DNA of 44,335 bases from the IMG/VR virus record IMGVR_UViG_3300037501_000085, one strand, 5' to 3'. This DNA is from a virus. The notes beneath the pieces are model-generated. The model saw nothing but the letters and a program-made list of their open reading frames with translations, was not told the DNA's origin and did no database searches. The position numbers were made by a program, and so were the translations under genes. Shown here one piece after another: positions 1 through 6,979 of the stretch; positions within the stretch are counted from its first letter, which is position 1; each line of letters begins with the position of its first letter.

Positions 1-468
1 GGTGGCGGAGTCGTGCGCAGCGACGATGGCGCGGCCGCGCGCCGCGACGGTGGCGCAGTCGTACGCCTTGACGGCGGCGTGGCCGTACGCCGCGACGGTA
101 GCGGAGCCGCGCGCCGTGACGGCGGCGGAGTCGGACGCCGTGACGGTAGCGGAGTCGTACGCCGTGACGGTGGCGTGGTCCAAGGCCTTAACGGCGGCGG
201 AGTCGTGCGCCGTGACGGTGGCGTGGCCGTACGCCGCGACGGTGGTGTGGTCGGACGCCGTGACGTCGGCGGAGTTGTACGCCGTGACGTCGGCGGAGTT
301 GTACGCCGTGACGGTGCCGGAGTCGTGCGCCGTGACGGTGGCGCAGTCGTACGCCTTGACGGCGGCGGAGTCGTGCGCCCCGACGTGGGCGTGGCCGTAC
401 GCCGTGACGGTGGCGTGGCCGTACGCCCTGACGATGGCGTGGCCGTACGCCGTGACGGTGGCGCGGCC
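1..468. repeat. Tandem 24-nt repeat array (coding, minus strand), left part
   Basis: Units such as gtacgccgtgacggtggcgtggcc recur head to tail with point variation. All six frames are open, which explains the artefactual plus-strand ORFs 2..799 and 13..600. Confidence 0.9.
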
Positions 469-831
469 GGATGCCGCAGCCACGACGCCGCCACCAACCT
501 CATGCTCACCATCGGTGAATACGTTGAGCTGCTCCAGGTCGGACACCGAGAGCCGACGCAACAGCCGCACGCGACGAGCGACCACCTTGCGATCTGGTGA
601 TTGCCACGCCCACGCGTCTCCGATTATGTCGGCCTCGGCCTCGAAGCATTCCGCCCCGTCGCGCCACCAGCGCGCGGGCTCGGTCGTCAGGTGTAGGCCT
701 CGATTGCAGAGCGAGATGTCGCCCTCGACCTCGTGCCACGCACCAGGCTCGCGCCCGTCCGGTAGGCTCCACGTCATCGTCCCGCCGTGGCAGGACTGAC
801 CGCTGATGAGCACCTTGTAGAGCGTGCTCAT
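1..831 (-). CDS. Octad-repeat (24-nt period) protein, 5' portion; continues across the window junction into 44301..44038
   Basis: Own translation of the minus strand. ATG at 829-831 forms an ATGA overlap with the stop of the upstream ORF. The N-terminal domain of about 121 aa reads MSTLYKVLISGQSCHGGTMTWSLPDGREPGAWHEVEGDISLCNRGLHLTTEPARWWRDGAECFEAE... It is followed by 19 consecutive 8-aa units (ATVTAYGH, AIVRAYGH, AHVGAHDS, AAVKAYDC, ATVTAHDS...). There is no minus-frame stop between 831 and 1. The ORF track misses it because its stop lies beyond the window start. Confidence 0.75.
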   Translation of the reverse strand, partial: MSTLYKVLISGQSCHGGTMTWSLPDGREPGAWHEVEGDISLCNRGLHLTTEPARWWRDGAECFEAEADIIGDAWAWQSPDRKVVARRVRLLRRLSVSDLEQLNVFTDGEHEVGGGVVAAASGRATVTAYGHAIVRAYGHATVTAYGHAHVGAHDSAAVKAYDCATVTAHDSGTVTAYNSADVTAYNSADVTASDHTTVAAYGHATVTAHDSAAVKALDHATVTAYDSATVTASDSAAVTARGSATVAAYGHAAVKAYDCATVAARGRAIVAAHDSAT

Positions 832-1291
832 GACTGCACCTCGAGTCGCCGCGCATGCTCGAGCGCTCTAGGGACGAGCGCGAGCAGTCGGACCGCCCGT
901 CTCCTCTTCTCCGCGCTGTCCGGCCACCACGGCCGGATGTCCCCCGTGCTCGGATACGGGACGCGATGCTGTCTCCCAGCGAGATCATGCCACGACGGTC
1001 CCGCCACTGCGTAGGCCAGGCGTCTGAGTCCGCTGCGGTGCTCGCAGCACGCCACATCCCGCGCCAGGCTACTGGAGGCACTCATCGCCTCCACGATATA
1101 TCGACGCAGGAGACTCACGACGTCACCTCGCGACTGTCTCTCATGCCCTCACCCATTGCAGCAACACGCACCAGGCTCGTGGCCACCGGTAGGCTCCACG
1201 TCATCGTCCCGCCGTGGCAGGACTGACCGTCGATGAGCACCTTGTAGAGCCTGCTGCTCAGGCGACGTCGGCCGCCGCGTTCCGTTTTCAT
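828..1291 (-). pseudogene. Decayed (frameshift plus in-frame TGA) tandem paralog of the N-terminal domain of the octad-repeat protein; includes ORFs 1115..1291 (58 aa, not in track) and 828..1118 (96 aa)
   Basis: Nt 1187-1246 are near-identical to 762-821, encoding LYKVLIDGQSCHGGTMTWSLP against LYKVLISGQSCHGGTMTWSLP. A 7-nt versus 8-nt difference just downstream breaks the frame. The homologous frame then hits TGA at 1149-1151 (CCNG*GHE against LCNRGLH). The 96-aa ORF carries RPWWPDSAE and AVRLLALVPRALE, matching RWWRDGAE and RRVRLLRRLSVSDLE of the full-length gene. Confidence 0.6.
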
Positions 1292-1333
1292 GTCCCTCAG
1301 GATAAGTTAGCTTAGCTGGCCATCAAGCCATAG

Positions 1334-1408
1334 TCAAGATTTTTTCTCTTCCTCGGTCGGGGTATCTCGGCTGAGAGCCTGCCGGATCTCTGGACCGGTC
1401 CAGACGTC
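1334..1408. repeat. Direct repeat, copy 1 (75 nt) of the 3' end of the primase-helicase gene
   Basis: tcaagattttttctcttcctcggtcggggtatctcggctgagagcctgccggatctctggaccggtccagacgtc is identical to 1657-1732 except for one T in the homopolymer (T6 versus T7). Confidence 0.95.
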
Positions 1409-1613
1409 ATGTCTCATCCTGCTCCTTTGGGGGGTCACCTGTATTGCCACAGGCCGCGCAATAAGGGGCCCGGAATCGGTTCCCCTCCGTCCAGGCCTCG
1501 GCCAAGGCATGCCAGAAGGCCCCGCGGGTCCCGGGTGTGACACCGGGAAATTGGGGGGCCAGGCGATCGTGGAGGGCATCCACGGACGCAATCCGGTCTT
1601 CGATCCAGGTCAT
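1407..1613 (-). CDS. Small hypothetical protein (68 aa) inside a repeat-bracketed cassette
   Basis: ATG at 1611-1613 gives MTWIEDRIASVDALHDRLAPQFPGVTPGTRGAFWHALAEAWTEGNRFRAPYCAACGNTGDPPKEQDET. Its TGA stop abuts repeat copy 1 exactly. The track ORF 1407..1817 is an upstream extension into the primase gene. Confidence 0.5.
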   Translation of the reverse strand: MTWIEDRIASVDALHDRLAPQFPGVTPGTRGAFWHALAEAWTEGNRFRAPYCAACGNTGDPPKEQDET

Positions 1614-1656
1614 TAGGGGAAGGTAGGCTAGCCTACCTAGATTGTCAAGACCTAGC
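1614..1656 (-). promoter_or_regulatory. Candidate sigma70-type promoter with embedded 18-bp palindromic operator; possibly a leaderless transcript
   Basis: The minus strand reads cTTGACA-atctaggtaggctagcc-TACCTT-ccccta-ATG. This is a consensus -35, a 17-nt spacer and a -10 with T1 A2 T6, with the ATG 6 nt later. The spacer holds the perfect palindrome aggtaggctagcctacct (1621-1638). Confidence 0.4.
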
Positions 1657-3991
1657 TCAAGATTTTTTTCTCTTCCTCGGTCGGGGTATCTCGGCTGAGA
1701 GCCTGCCGGATCTCTGGACCGGTCCAGACGTCGTGCTCCTCGGCCCATAGGATGAGCAGGTCCGTATTTAGGGCCCTGTAGTTCTGTTGGCTCAGACCCC
1801 GAGGTCTCCTCCAACATCGCCTGGCCTGGGCTAGGGCCGTGAGGGCTCGACCGATTTCGGCGATGGTAGGGGCCGGCATCTTAGCGTGCAGGTCCCAGCA
1901 CTCCTGTAGCCCATAGGCCGTGACCCACAGCTGGCCGTCTTTCACCCTGATCAAGTAGTCTCGCCGGGCATCGACACGGCGGGGGTCTCGAAGGTAGGCC
2001 AGGGCCCAGGCGCAGATCGCAGATCGAGTCCCTGACCGAACGGTCAAGGACCGGGCTAGCCGCTGGTCCGGCTGGCCGATCAAGAATCGGCCCTGAGGGA
2101 CGCCAGGCCGATGCTCTCGGAGCCACAAGGCATGCCGGGCCAGGCGGTTCTGGGTCACGATGCTGGCCGCGTCCACGGTCCGGAGGTATTGGGCCGCAGA
2201 ATCGTCGGGGATCCGGACGTGGTAGAATCGGTCCGATATCGCATCGATGTCGTGCTCGGTAAGGTCCTGGGCCGTGTCCAGGATGGTCTCTCGGTTGGCC
2301 GTCAGTACGACGCGGACACAACCTAAGATCGTGTTATCGTGGGCATATTTCTTGGTGTAGGGCCGGGCGTGATCGGCGATCAGGGAACGGAGATCGGCCA
2401 TTTTGGCGTAGCCCCGCATGTCTCTGGGGATGTCCTCGTCACCCAAGATGAGCGGACATTCTACGATCTGGTCCGACCAAGCCCCCAGGACCTGGTGTAG
2501 GGCCGTGGGCTTATCCGATTGCCAGAGCCGAGCCACGGCCGCGCCGAAGAGGCTCTTGCCCGTCGCGGGAGGGCCCGTAAACAGCAGAGCGGCGGCGGTG
2601 CGATGGAGATCCATGACGTGGGCCAGCCAGGTCTCCACGGCCGGGAGATCCGGGCCACACAGGAGGGAGAGCCAGTTGGCCACCTCGGAATCGTAGGCCG
2701 GAGTGAGGGCTCGACGGGGGCAGGGGGCTAGACGGAGGGTCTTGGCCGGACCGGGGTCCCAGGAGGGGACGTCCAGGGTCAGATCGTAGATCACCCGCTG
2801 GATCCGGTCCCCGTAGTCTGAGACCAGCTGGGACAGTGTCTTTGGGACGAGTCCCTGAGGGGTGGCCCGGTGGATCTCCACCCCGTGCGATGAGGCCGGG
2901 GCCAGAAGGTCCCGGCCCGAGTCCTCCCGATCAACGATCGGGATGTAGCGACCCCCGACCCAGATCCAGAAGTGGCGGTCCTGCTGGAGGATCCAGGCCC
3001 GATCGGTCGGGGGGCGCTCAGTCGAGGTGTAGGGTGTCTCCCGATGGGGGGTGGACGTGACGGACCAGGCCGCCCGGAGGAGGGCCCTTTGGGCCAGGAG
3101 CTGGCCCTGGGCATCAGCGTGGGCCTCCTCCCGGATCCGCTCCTGGGCTCTCTCGATTTTGGCCTGGGTCTCCTCCAGGGTCGGAGCGCCCATCAGCTGG
3201 AGGGACTGGGCGAAATGTTGAGCCAGGGTCTGAGGCTCCGCATCGGGCCAGAGCTGGGCCAGATCAGAGCAGAGCTGGAACGTCAGAGTATCCCGCTCCC
3301 CCTCCTGGGCGTAGGCCTCGCCCCGGACCAGGGCCTGGAGTGCCTGACCGAGATGGGCCCGGTTGGGATCCCTAGCCCGCAGCCAGGTCCGGGACAGGCC
3401 CTGGAGCTGGCTCCGTGTGATCTTGCGCGCCTGGGTCGGAGCCGGGGGGAGGACCGGGGAGGACAGGAGGGCGTCCACGTCCAGGGGTTCGCCCGGGAGG
3501 ACTACGTAGGAGTGATCGGACAGACGATCGGTCATGGGCACGAAAGGCCCAAAAAAGAATCGGGACGAATCCTTGCACTGACTATCCGGGGGGCAGGGCC
3601 AACGACCCGCTAGAAGGGCCCAGAACATACGCCATTCTTGGGCCAGGACCGGACGGGTGAATGGCACGCACAGACGTAGGGACCAAGGTTTGGTCGTATG
3701 GCTCCAGGTCGTATAGAGGAGGGCAGCCTGGCCGGAGGAGGTCAGGGCCTGGACCAGGTCCTGGACCTCCTGGGCCGATACTCGGTCTAGATCGAGGACG
3801 CCGAAGTGGACCTGGATCACGTTACGCTGCTGCCGTCGGCCCGTAAATTCCGCTGGACTGAAGGCCGGGAGGGAGTCCTTTGGTCCGGGGTGGTATTGGT
3901 GAGGGCCCAGAGCTTGGACGAAACTCTCCCAGGTCAGATCGTGCAGGCTCGGGTAGGGATCTTTGGCGCCCTGGAATAGGGAGATCTTCAT
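1652..3991 (-). CDS. Primase-helicase (primase-polymerase-like N-terminal region plus D5/P4-type SF3 P-loop NTPase)
   Basis: Start placed at ATG 3989-3991 (MKISLFQG..., ATGA overlap with the upstream stop) rather than track start 4114. The N-terminal region has FGVLDLDRV, TTWSH and CKDSSRFFFGP. The C-terminal region has Walker A FTGPPATGKSL and Walker B-like PLILGDED. Confidence 0.75.
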   Translation of the reverse strand: MKISLFQGAKDPYPSLHDLTWESFVQALGPHQYHPGPKDSLPAFSPAEFTGRRQQRNVIQVHFGVLDLDRVSAQEVQDLVQALTSSGQAALLYTTWSHTTKPWSLRLCVPFTRPVLAQEWRMFWALLAGRWPCPPDSQCKDSSRFFFGPFVPMTDRLSDHSYVVLPGEPLDVDALLSSPVLPPAPTQARKITRSQLQGLSRTWLRARDPNRAHLGQALQALVRGEAYAQEGERDTLTFQLCSDLAQLWPDAEPQTLAQHFAQSLQLMGAPTLEETQAKIERAQERIREEAHADAQGQLLAQRALLRAAWSVTSTPHRETPYTSTERPPTDRAWILQQDRHFWIWVGGRYIPIVDREDSGRDLLAPASSHGVEIHRATPQGLVPKTLSQLVSDYGDRIQRVIYDLTLDVPSWDPGPAKTLRLAPCPRRALTPAYDSEVANWLSLLCGPDLPAVETWLAHVMDLHRTAAALLFTGPPATGKSLFGAAVARLWQSDKPTALHQVLGAWSDQIVECPLILGDEDIPRDMRGYAKMADLRSLIADHARPYTKKYAHDNTILGCVRVVLTANRETILDTAQDLTEHDIDAISDRFYHVRIPDDSAAQYLRTVDAASIVTQNRLARHALWLREHRPGVPQGRFLIGQPDQRLARSLTVRSGTRSAICAWALAYLRDPRRVDARRDYLIRVKDGQLWVTAYGLQECWDLHAKMPAPTIAEIGRALTALAQARRCWRRPRGLSQQNYRALNTDLLILWAEEHDVWTGPEIRQALSRDTPTEEEKKILS
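1657..1732. repeat. Direct repeat, copy 2 (76 nt); the authentic 3' end of the primase-helicase gene
   Basis: See copy 1. It encodes ...HDVWTGPEIRQALSRDTPTEEEKKILS* in the primase frame. Confidence 0.95.
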
Positions 3992-4335
3992 AGGTCCAGG
4001 GCCTCCTGGAGAAGGTCTCGGGCCAGGAGCAAATTCGCGTACAAGCCACCACAGACCCAGTGCTCGGCCTCCATGGCCTCCAGGAGGGCCATGGTCGCGT
4101 CCAGGGACGAGCAAGCCGAGCGGAGGGCCGAGCGCATGGCGACGGCCCTCGTGTCGTCAGAGGCGTACTCTCGGACCAGACCCAGGGTCTGGGCCCCGGT
4201 GATAAGTCTTTGTTGGAGTTGAGGTTTCCTTATGTCCTGCCCTTGGAGCCAGCGCGCGGCCGCGTAAACGGAACAAGGCGCGGCCTCGGCTGCTAGCCGG
4301 TAGGCGTCCGGGGTCAGGGGGATGGGAGGGGGCAT
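3988..4335 (-). CDS. Hypothetical helical protein (115 aa), first gene of the long minus-strand chain
   Basis: Its ORF shares an ATGA overlap with the downstream primase-helicase. The translation is non-repetitive (…LGLVREYASDDTRAVAMRSALRSACSSLDATMALLEAMEAEHW…). No family recognised. Confidence 0.55.
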   Translation of the reverse strand: MPPPIPLTPDAYRLAAEAAPCSVYAAARWLQGQDIRKPQLQQRLITGAQTLGLVREYASDDTRAVAMRSALRSACSSLDATMALLEAMEAEHWVCGGLYANLLLARDLLQEALDL

Positions 4336-4461
4336 GTCCTACGGGGTACCAGTGTGGGAGAGAGTTGTCCAGGATCTTCCGATGACGCGCTATGACGCAG
4401 TCGCTTGCACACAGGTAAACGGCTGGCCGCTATTCTTTACTAGACGAGCGAAAATTGAATA

Positions 4462-4511
4462 TTTGTGGTTTCTACACCTACATATTATGATGTAGGTGTA
4501 GAAACCACAAA
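4462..4511. repeat. Perfect 22-bp inverted repeat with a 6-nt loop
   Basis: tttgtggtttctacacctacat-attatg-atgtaggtgtagaaaccacaaa, read directly from the sequence. Confidence 0.95.
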
Positions 4512-4613
4512 GATCAACACTCGGCCGTTAAGGGCACTTTTTTTGGATCTTAGTTTGCTGGACAGTTGGCAAGGATTTCGCTCACTTAGTATGCAATAGT
4601 TAAAGCTATTTGC

Positions 4614-4658
4614 AGCTGTGTGCTGTGTGCATTGAACGTTTGATTGGTTTGATTGGTT
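4614..4658. repeat. Short tandem iteron-like repeats
   Basis: gctgtgt occurs about 2.3 times (4614-4630) and gtttgattg about 2.3 times (4638-4658). Confidence 0.8.
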
Positions 4659-4712
4659 CATTTCTTGCATGGACCTTGACCCGGTCCGGGTCCGTGATTA
4701 GGCTCCGGGGGC

Positions 4713-5321
4713 ATGGTGTGTGCATGGAACCCGGAGAAGCCCTGGGCTCGTCAGCCCTGCGACTGCGACCTTAGTTGGGTGTGGTTCCAGGAGTATTTGG
4801 GCCTGCCCACGCCGCGGAACATGGCCCGGCTCCTCCGGCGGCCTGTACCCATGTCCCAGGACCAACTGTACATCTGGTCCTGGGAAAACATGTGGCTGGA
4901 CCGGGCCGCGGCCTGGGACGCGCACCTGGACCGGCTCCGGGAGGAGACCTGGGAGCGGGCCACGGAGAGTACTGTCCAGGATCTAGTCAGGGACCTGGCC
5001 CGGGACCTCCGAGGCGTCCGCAAGCTAGGGGCCGAGGAGATCCGCCGGCTCAGGGCTGCGGCCCGGGAGGACGGGCCTCCGGGCCTGATCCAGCCCGGCC
5101 TGGCCGTCCGGGCTGTCCTCGGGGCCGCGCCCCTAGAGCACGCCCTGGCTCAGGCCGCGGGCGTGCTCCCGACCCTGGACTCGAGTCGGGCAGAGGAGGA
5201 GGCCCTGGTCCAGGCCCTCGAGTCCGGGCTCTTGACCTCGGAGGATCTGCACCTCTATCGTGATCTCCGTGATCGGGTGGAGCAGGTGACCAGGCGACGA
5301 GGGCCCGGTGCGGCTGCCTAG
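4713..5321 (+). CDS. Hypothetical protein (202 aa), first gene of the plus-strand module; possibly DNA-binding
   Basis: This is the only frame here with an unbiased translation: a W-rich N-terminal segment (WFQEYLGLPTPRNMARLLRR…WSWENMWLDRAAAWDAHL) followed by a charged helical region. The overlapping alternative-frame ORFs are Pro/Gly/Arg-rich. Confidence 0.55.
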   Translation: MVCAWNPEKPWARQPCDCDLSWVWFQEYLGLPTPRNMARLLRRPVPMSQDQLYIWSWENMWLDRAAAWDAHLDRLREETWERATESTVQDLVRDLARDLRGVRKLGAEEIRRLRAAAREDGPPGLIQPGLAVRAVLGAAPLEHALAQAAGVLPTLDSSRAEEEALVQALESGLLTSEDLHLYRDLRDRVEQVTRRRGPGAAA

Positions 5322-5637
5322 GGCCCCGGAAGGGGCTCGGAGTCCGGAGGTGCTCAGGCTCACCCTGACCTCGGACGGGGGCCCGGACCTGACTACGGTC
5401 ACGGCCGTGGCCATGGTCATCCGAGGTCTGGACGGGTTCAGCCGGGACCTCACGGGTGGGTCCTGGGTCGCCAGCTCGGCCACGGCCGGGACCTGGACCA
5501 GGGCCTGGGCGAGCGACGGATCGGACCTCCCGGCGTCAGGAGTGTACGAGGGGTTCCCCCGGATCACGACCCCGAGCGGGGTCTACTCCTGCGAGCCCGT
5601 ACGATTCGAGGTCTACGAATTCGCGAGGGTGGCCTGA
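5308..5637 (+). CDS. Hypothetical beta-rich protein (109 aa)
   Basis: GTG start overlaps the preceding gene, and a TGATG junction links it to the next gene. The translation LRLTLTSDGGPDLTTVTAVAMVIRGL…GVYSCEPVRFEVYEF looks like a small virion-type beta-sandwich domain. Confidence 0.5.
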   Translation: MRLPRAPEGARSPEVLRLTLTSDGGPDLTTVTAVAMVIRGLDGFSRDLTGGSWVASSATAGTWTRAWASDGSDLPASGVYEGFPRITTPSGVYSCEPVRFEVYEFARVA

Positions 5638-6569
5638 TGGCGACCCTGCCGATCTTCGACCCCGGGTTTTCCCTGGGGTCCGTGTATTTCCAGGGCTCTG
5701 GCGGCCCGGACGAGGATCCGAGCCTGGTTTGGGACGACACGGACAAGCGGCTGGTCCTGGGGACGAGCACGGCCACCAAGCGCGGTCGGCTCCACGTGGC
5801 CCACCTGACCTCGCCGGCCTCGGAGCGGGGTGGGATCCTGTCCGAGGGCCCGGTAGCGTGCGGGGTGGATGCTGGGGCTGGCTCGTTCGGTTCGGCGAGC
5901 CCGTATGTCAGCATGATCCTGGGCTCGGTCGTAGACGGGGCCCCGTTCGGTGTGGGGGGACAGGGCGGGCTCTATGCGGTTGCCAGATCTGGTGCGGCCG
6001 GAGTCCCTCCGACTAACGCCCCCTACGTCGGTCTGTCGTGTTGGGACTGGGGTGACGGTCTGACGGGGGTTGATCAGGGCCGGACTCTCTACTACGGAGG
6101 AGGAGGCTGGGCGGCCCCGGACTGTACGAGTCATCAGTTCTACACGTCTGACACCTACACCGAGACTACGGACACGGGCCTACTCAGGTTCGGGATTACC
6201 AATTCCCTGGTCTACGTGCGGGAGGCACAATTCCGTTTGGAGGGGGACATATCCAGCACCTTCAGTACGAGCCAAAATAATTGGAATCCCGCGGGTTTGT
6301 CCACGGCCCAGACGATCCGGGCTACGGCCTCGGCCGCGGCCCTGTCGATCACGGGATTGGCCGGGGGAGGGGATGGTAGGATCATAATCCTGCACAATGT
6401 GGGTGCGACGAATAGCTTCACTTTGGTCCATCAATCGACTAGCTCGTCGGCGGCCAATCGATTTGCCCTGCCCGGGGCCACGGACGTGGTCATCCCGACG
6501 GACGGATCCGTGACTCTGAGGTACGATGCCTCCTCGTCTAGGTGGCGACTCCTAGCCAAGGCCCTATGA
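5637..6569 (+). CDS. Fibre-like or virion-associated protein (310 aa)
   Basis: Gly/Ser/Thr-rich. The C-terminal block is ITGLAGGGDGRIIILHNVGATNSFTLVHQSTSSSAANRFALPG…VTLRYDASSSRWRLL. It is translationally coupled on both sides. Confidence 0.6.
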   Translation: MATLPIFDPGFSLGSVYFQGSGGPDEDPSLVWDDTDKRLVLGTSTATKRGRLHVAHLTSPASERGGILSEGPVACGVDAGAGSFGSASPYVSMILGSVVDGAPFGVGGQGGLYAVARSGAAGVPPTNAPYVGLSCWDWGDGLTGVDQGRTLYYGGGGWAAPDCTSHQFYTSDTYTETTDTGLLRFGITNSLVYVREAQFRLEGDISSTFSTSQNNWNPAGLSTAQTIRATASAAALSITGLAGGGDGRIIILHNVGATNSFTLVHQSTSSSAANRFALPGATDVVIPTDGSVTLRYDASSSRWRLLAKAL

Positions 6570-6979
6570 CCCGACGTGACGCCCTCACCCTCTATCTGCG
6601 GCAGCTCCGACGGAGGGGTCAGGCCGAAGTCGAGGCCTTTTGTTTGGCCTCGAAGGAGGATCAGGACCAGGCCCTCCAGGCCTGGCTCACCCGGCAGGTG
6701 GCCCAGGTGGACGAGGCCCTGGCCGCTATCCAGGCCGAGCCCCCGGCCCCGGCCCTGGACTCGCCCGAGGAGATCCGGGCGGCCTGGATCCGGGAGCAGG
6801 CCCAGGACGTGACCGGGGCCGTCAGACTGGCCGCCCTTCTCTCGGGGGATGCCCTGGACCTGGACACCTGGGCCGAGGACCGGCGGACCAAGCTCCAGGC
6901 CAGGGCCGAGGCGAACGCCCGGCGGGTGGAGGACCTCCAGGCGATCCGCGATTCCCTGGCCCGAGGGCTCGAGCCATGA
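6566..6979 (+). CDS. Coiled-coil protein (137 aa)
   Basis: ATG 6566 forms an ATGA overlap with the previous stop. The Ala/Glu/Arg/Leu-rich translation looks helical. Another ATGA overlap leads into the next gene. Confidence 0.55.
   Translation: MTRRDALTLYLRQLRRRGQAEVEAFCLASKEDQDQALQAWLTRQVAQVDEALAAIQAEPPAPALDSPEEIRAAWIREQAQDVTGAVRLAALLSGDALDLDTWAEDRRTKLQARAEANARRVEDLQAIRDSLARGLEP

Larger units (their letters stand above)
4336..4712. promoter_or_regulatory. AT-rich divergent intergenic island (candidate divergent promoters and/or replication origin)
   Basis: It lies between a minus-strand gene start (4335) and a plus-strand gene start (4713). It is far more AT-rich than the rest of the window and contains a 22-bp perfect hairpin and short tandem iterons. 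Confidence 0.6.

Noticed and set aside
1-468. Possibility that the regular short repeats (also at 44098-44335) are a CRISPR array
   Set aside because: The units are contiguous with no spacers. The period is 24 nt (a multiple of 3), the variation is point-wise within units, and the array lies inside a well-supported ORF.
2-799. Plus-strand ORFs 2..799 (265 aa) and 13..600 (195 aa) across the repeat array
   Set aside because: They are by-products of a 24-nt in-frame tandem repeat that keeps all six frames open. Their translations are pure repeats (AVTVAWPY… and RRDGGVV…) with no start context. The minus frame has a proper ATG in an ATGA overlap, a non-repetitive N-domain and a stop abutting the next gene's start.
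1-831. Diversity-generating retroelement or other targeted hypermutation acting on the variable octad positions
   Set aside because: No reverse transcriptase ORF, template repeat or adenine-specific mismatch pattern between repeat copies was found in the window. The variation looks like ordinary divergence of tandem units.
1334-1591. ORF 1334..1591 (85 aa, minus)
   Set aside because: Its C-terminus is just the duplicated primase 3' end read in frame. The rest is a Pro/Gly/Arg-rich alternative frame of the 68-aa gene.
4485-4670. ORF 4485..4670 (61 aa, minus) in the AT-rich island
   Set aside because: Its translation is low-complexity and Asn/Gln/Ser-rich, running through the iterons and into the 22-bp hairpin. 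There is no coupling or recognisable ribosome-binding site. It is more likely non-coding regulatory DNA or a small RNA, although a micro-protein cannot be excluded.
4713-5321. Calling the 202-aa protein the small terminase subunit
   Set aside because: The only support is a vague W-rich helical resemblance. The gene is on the opposite strand and 26 kb from TerL, so it is left as hypothetical.
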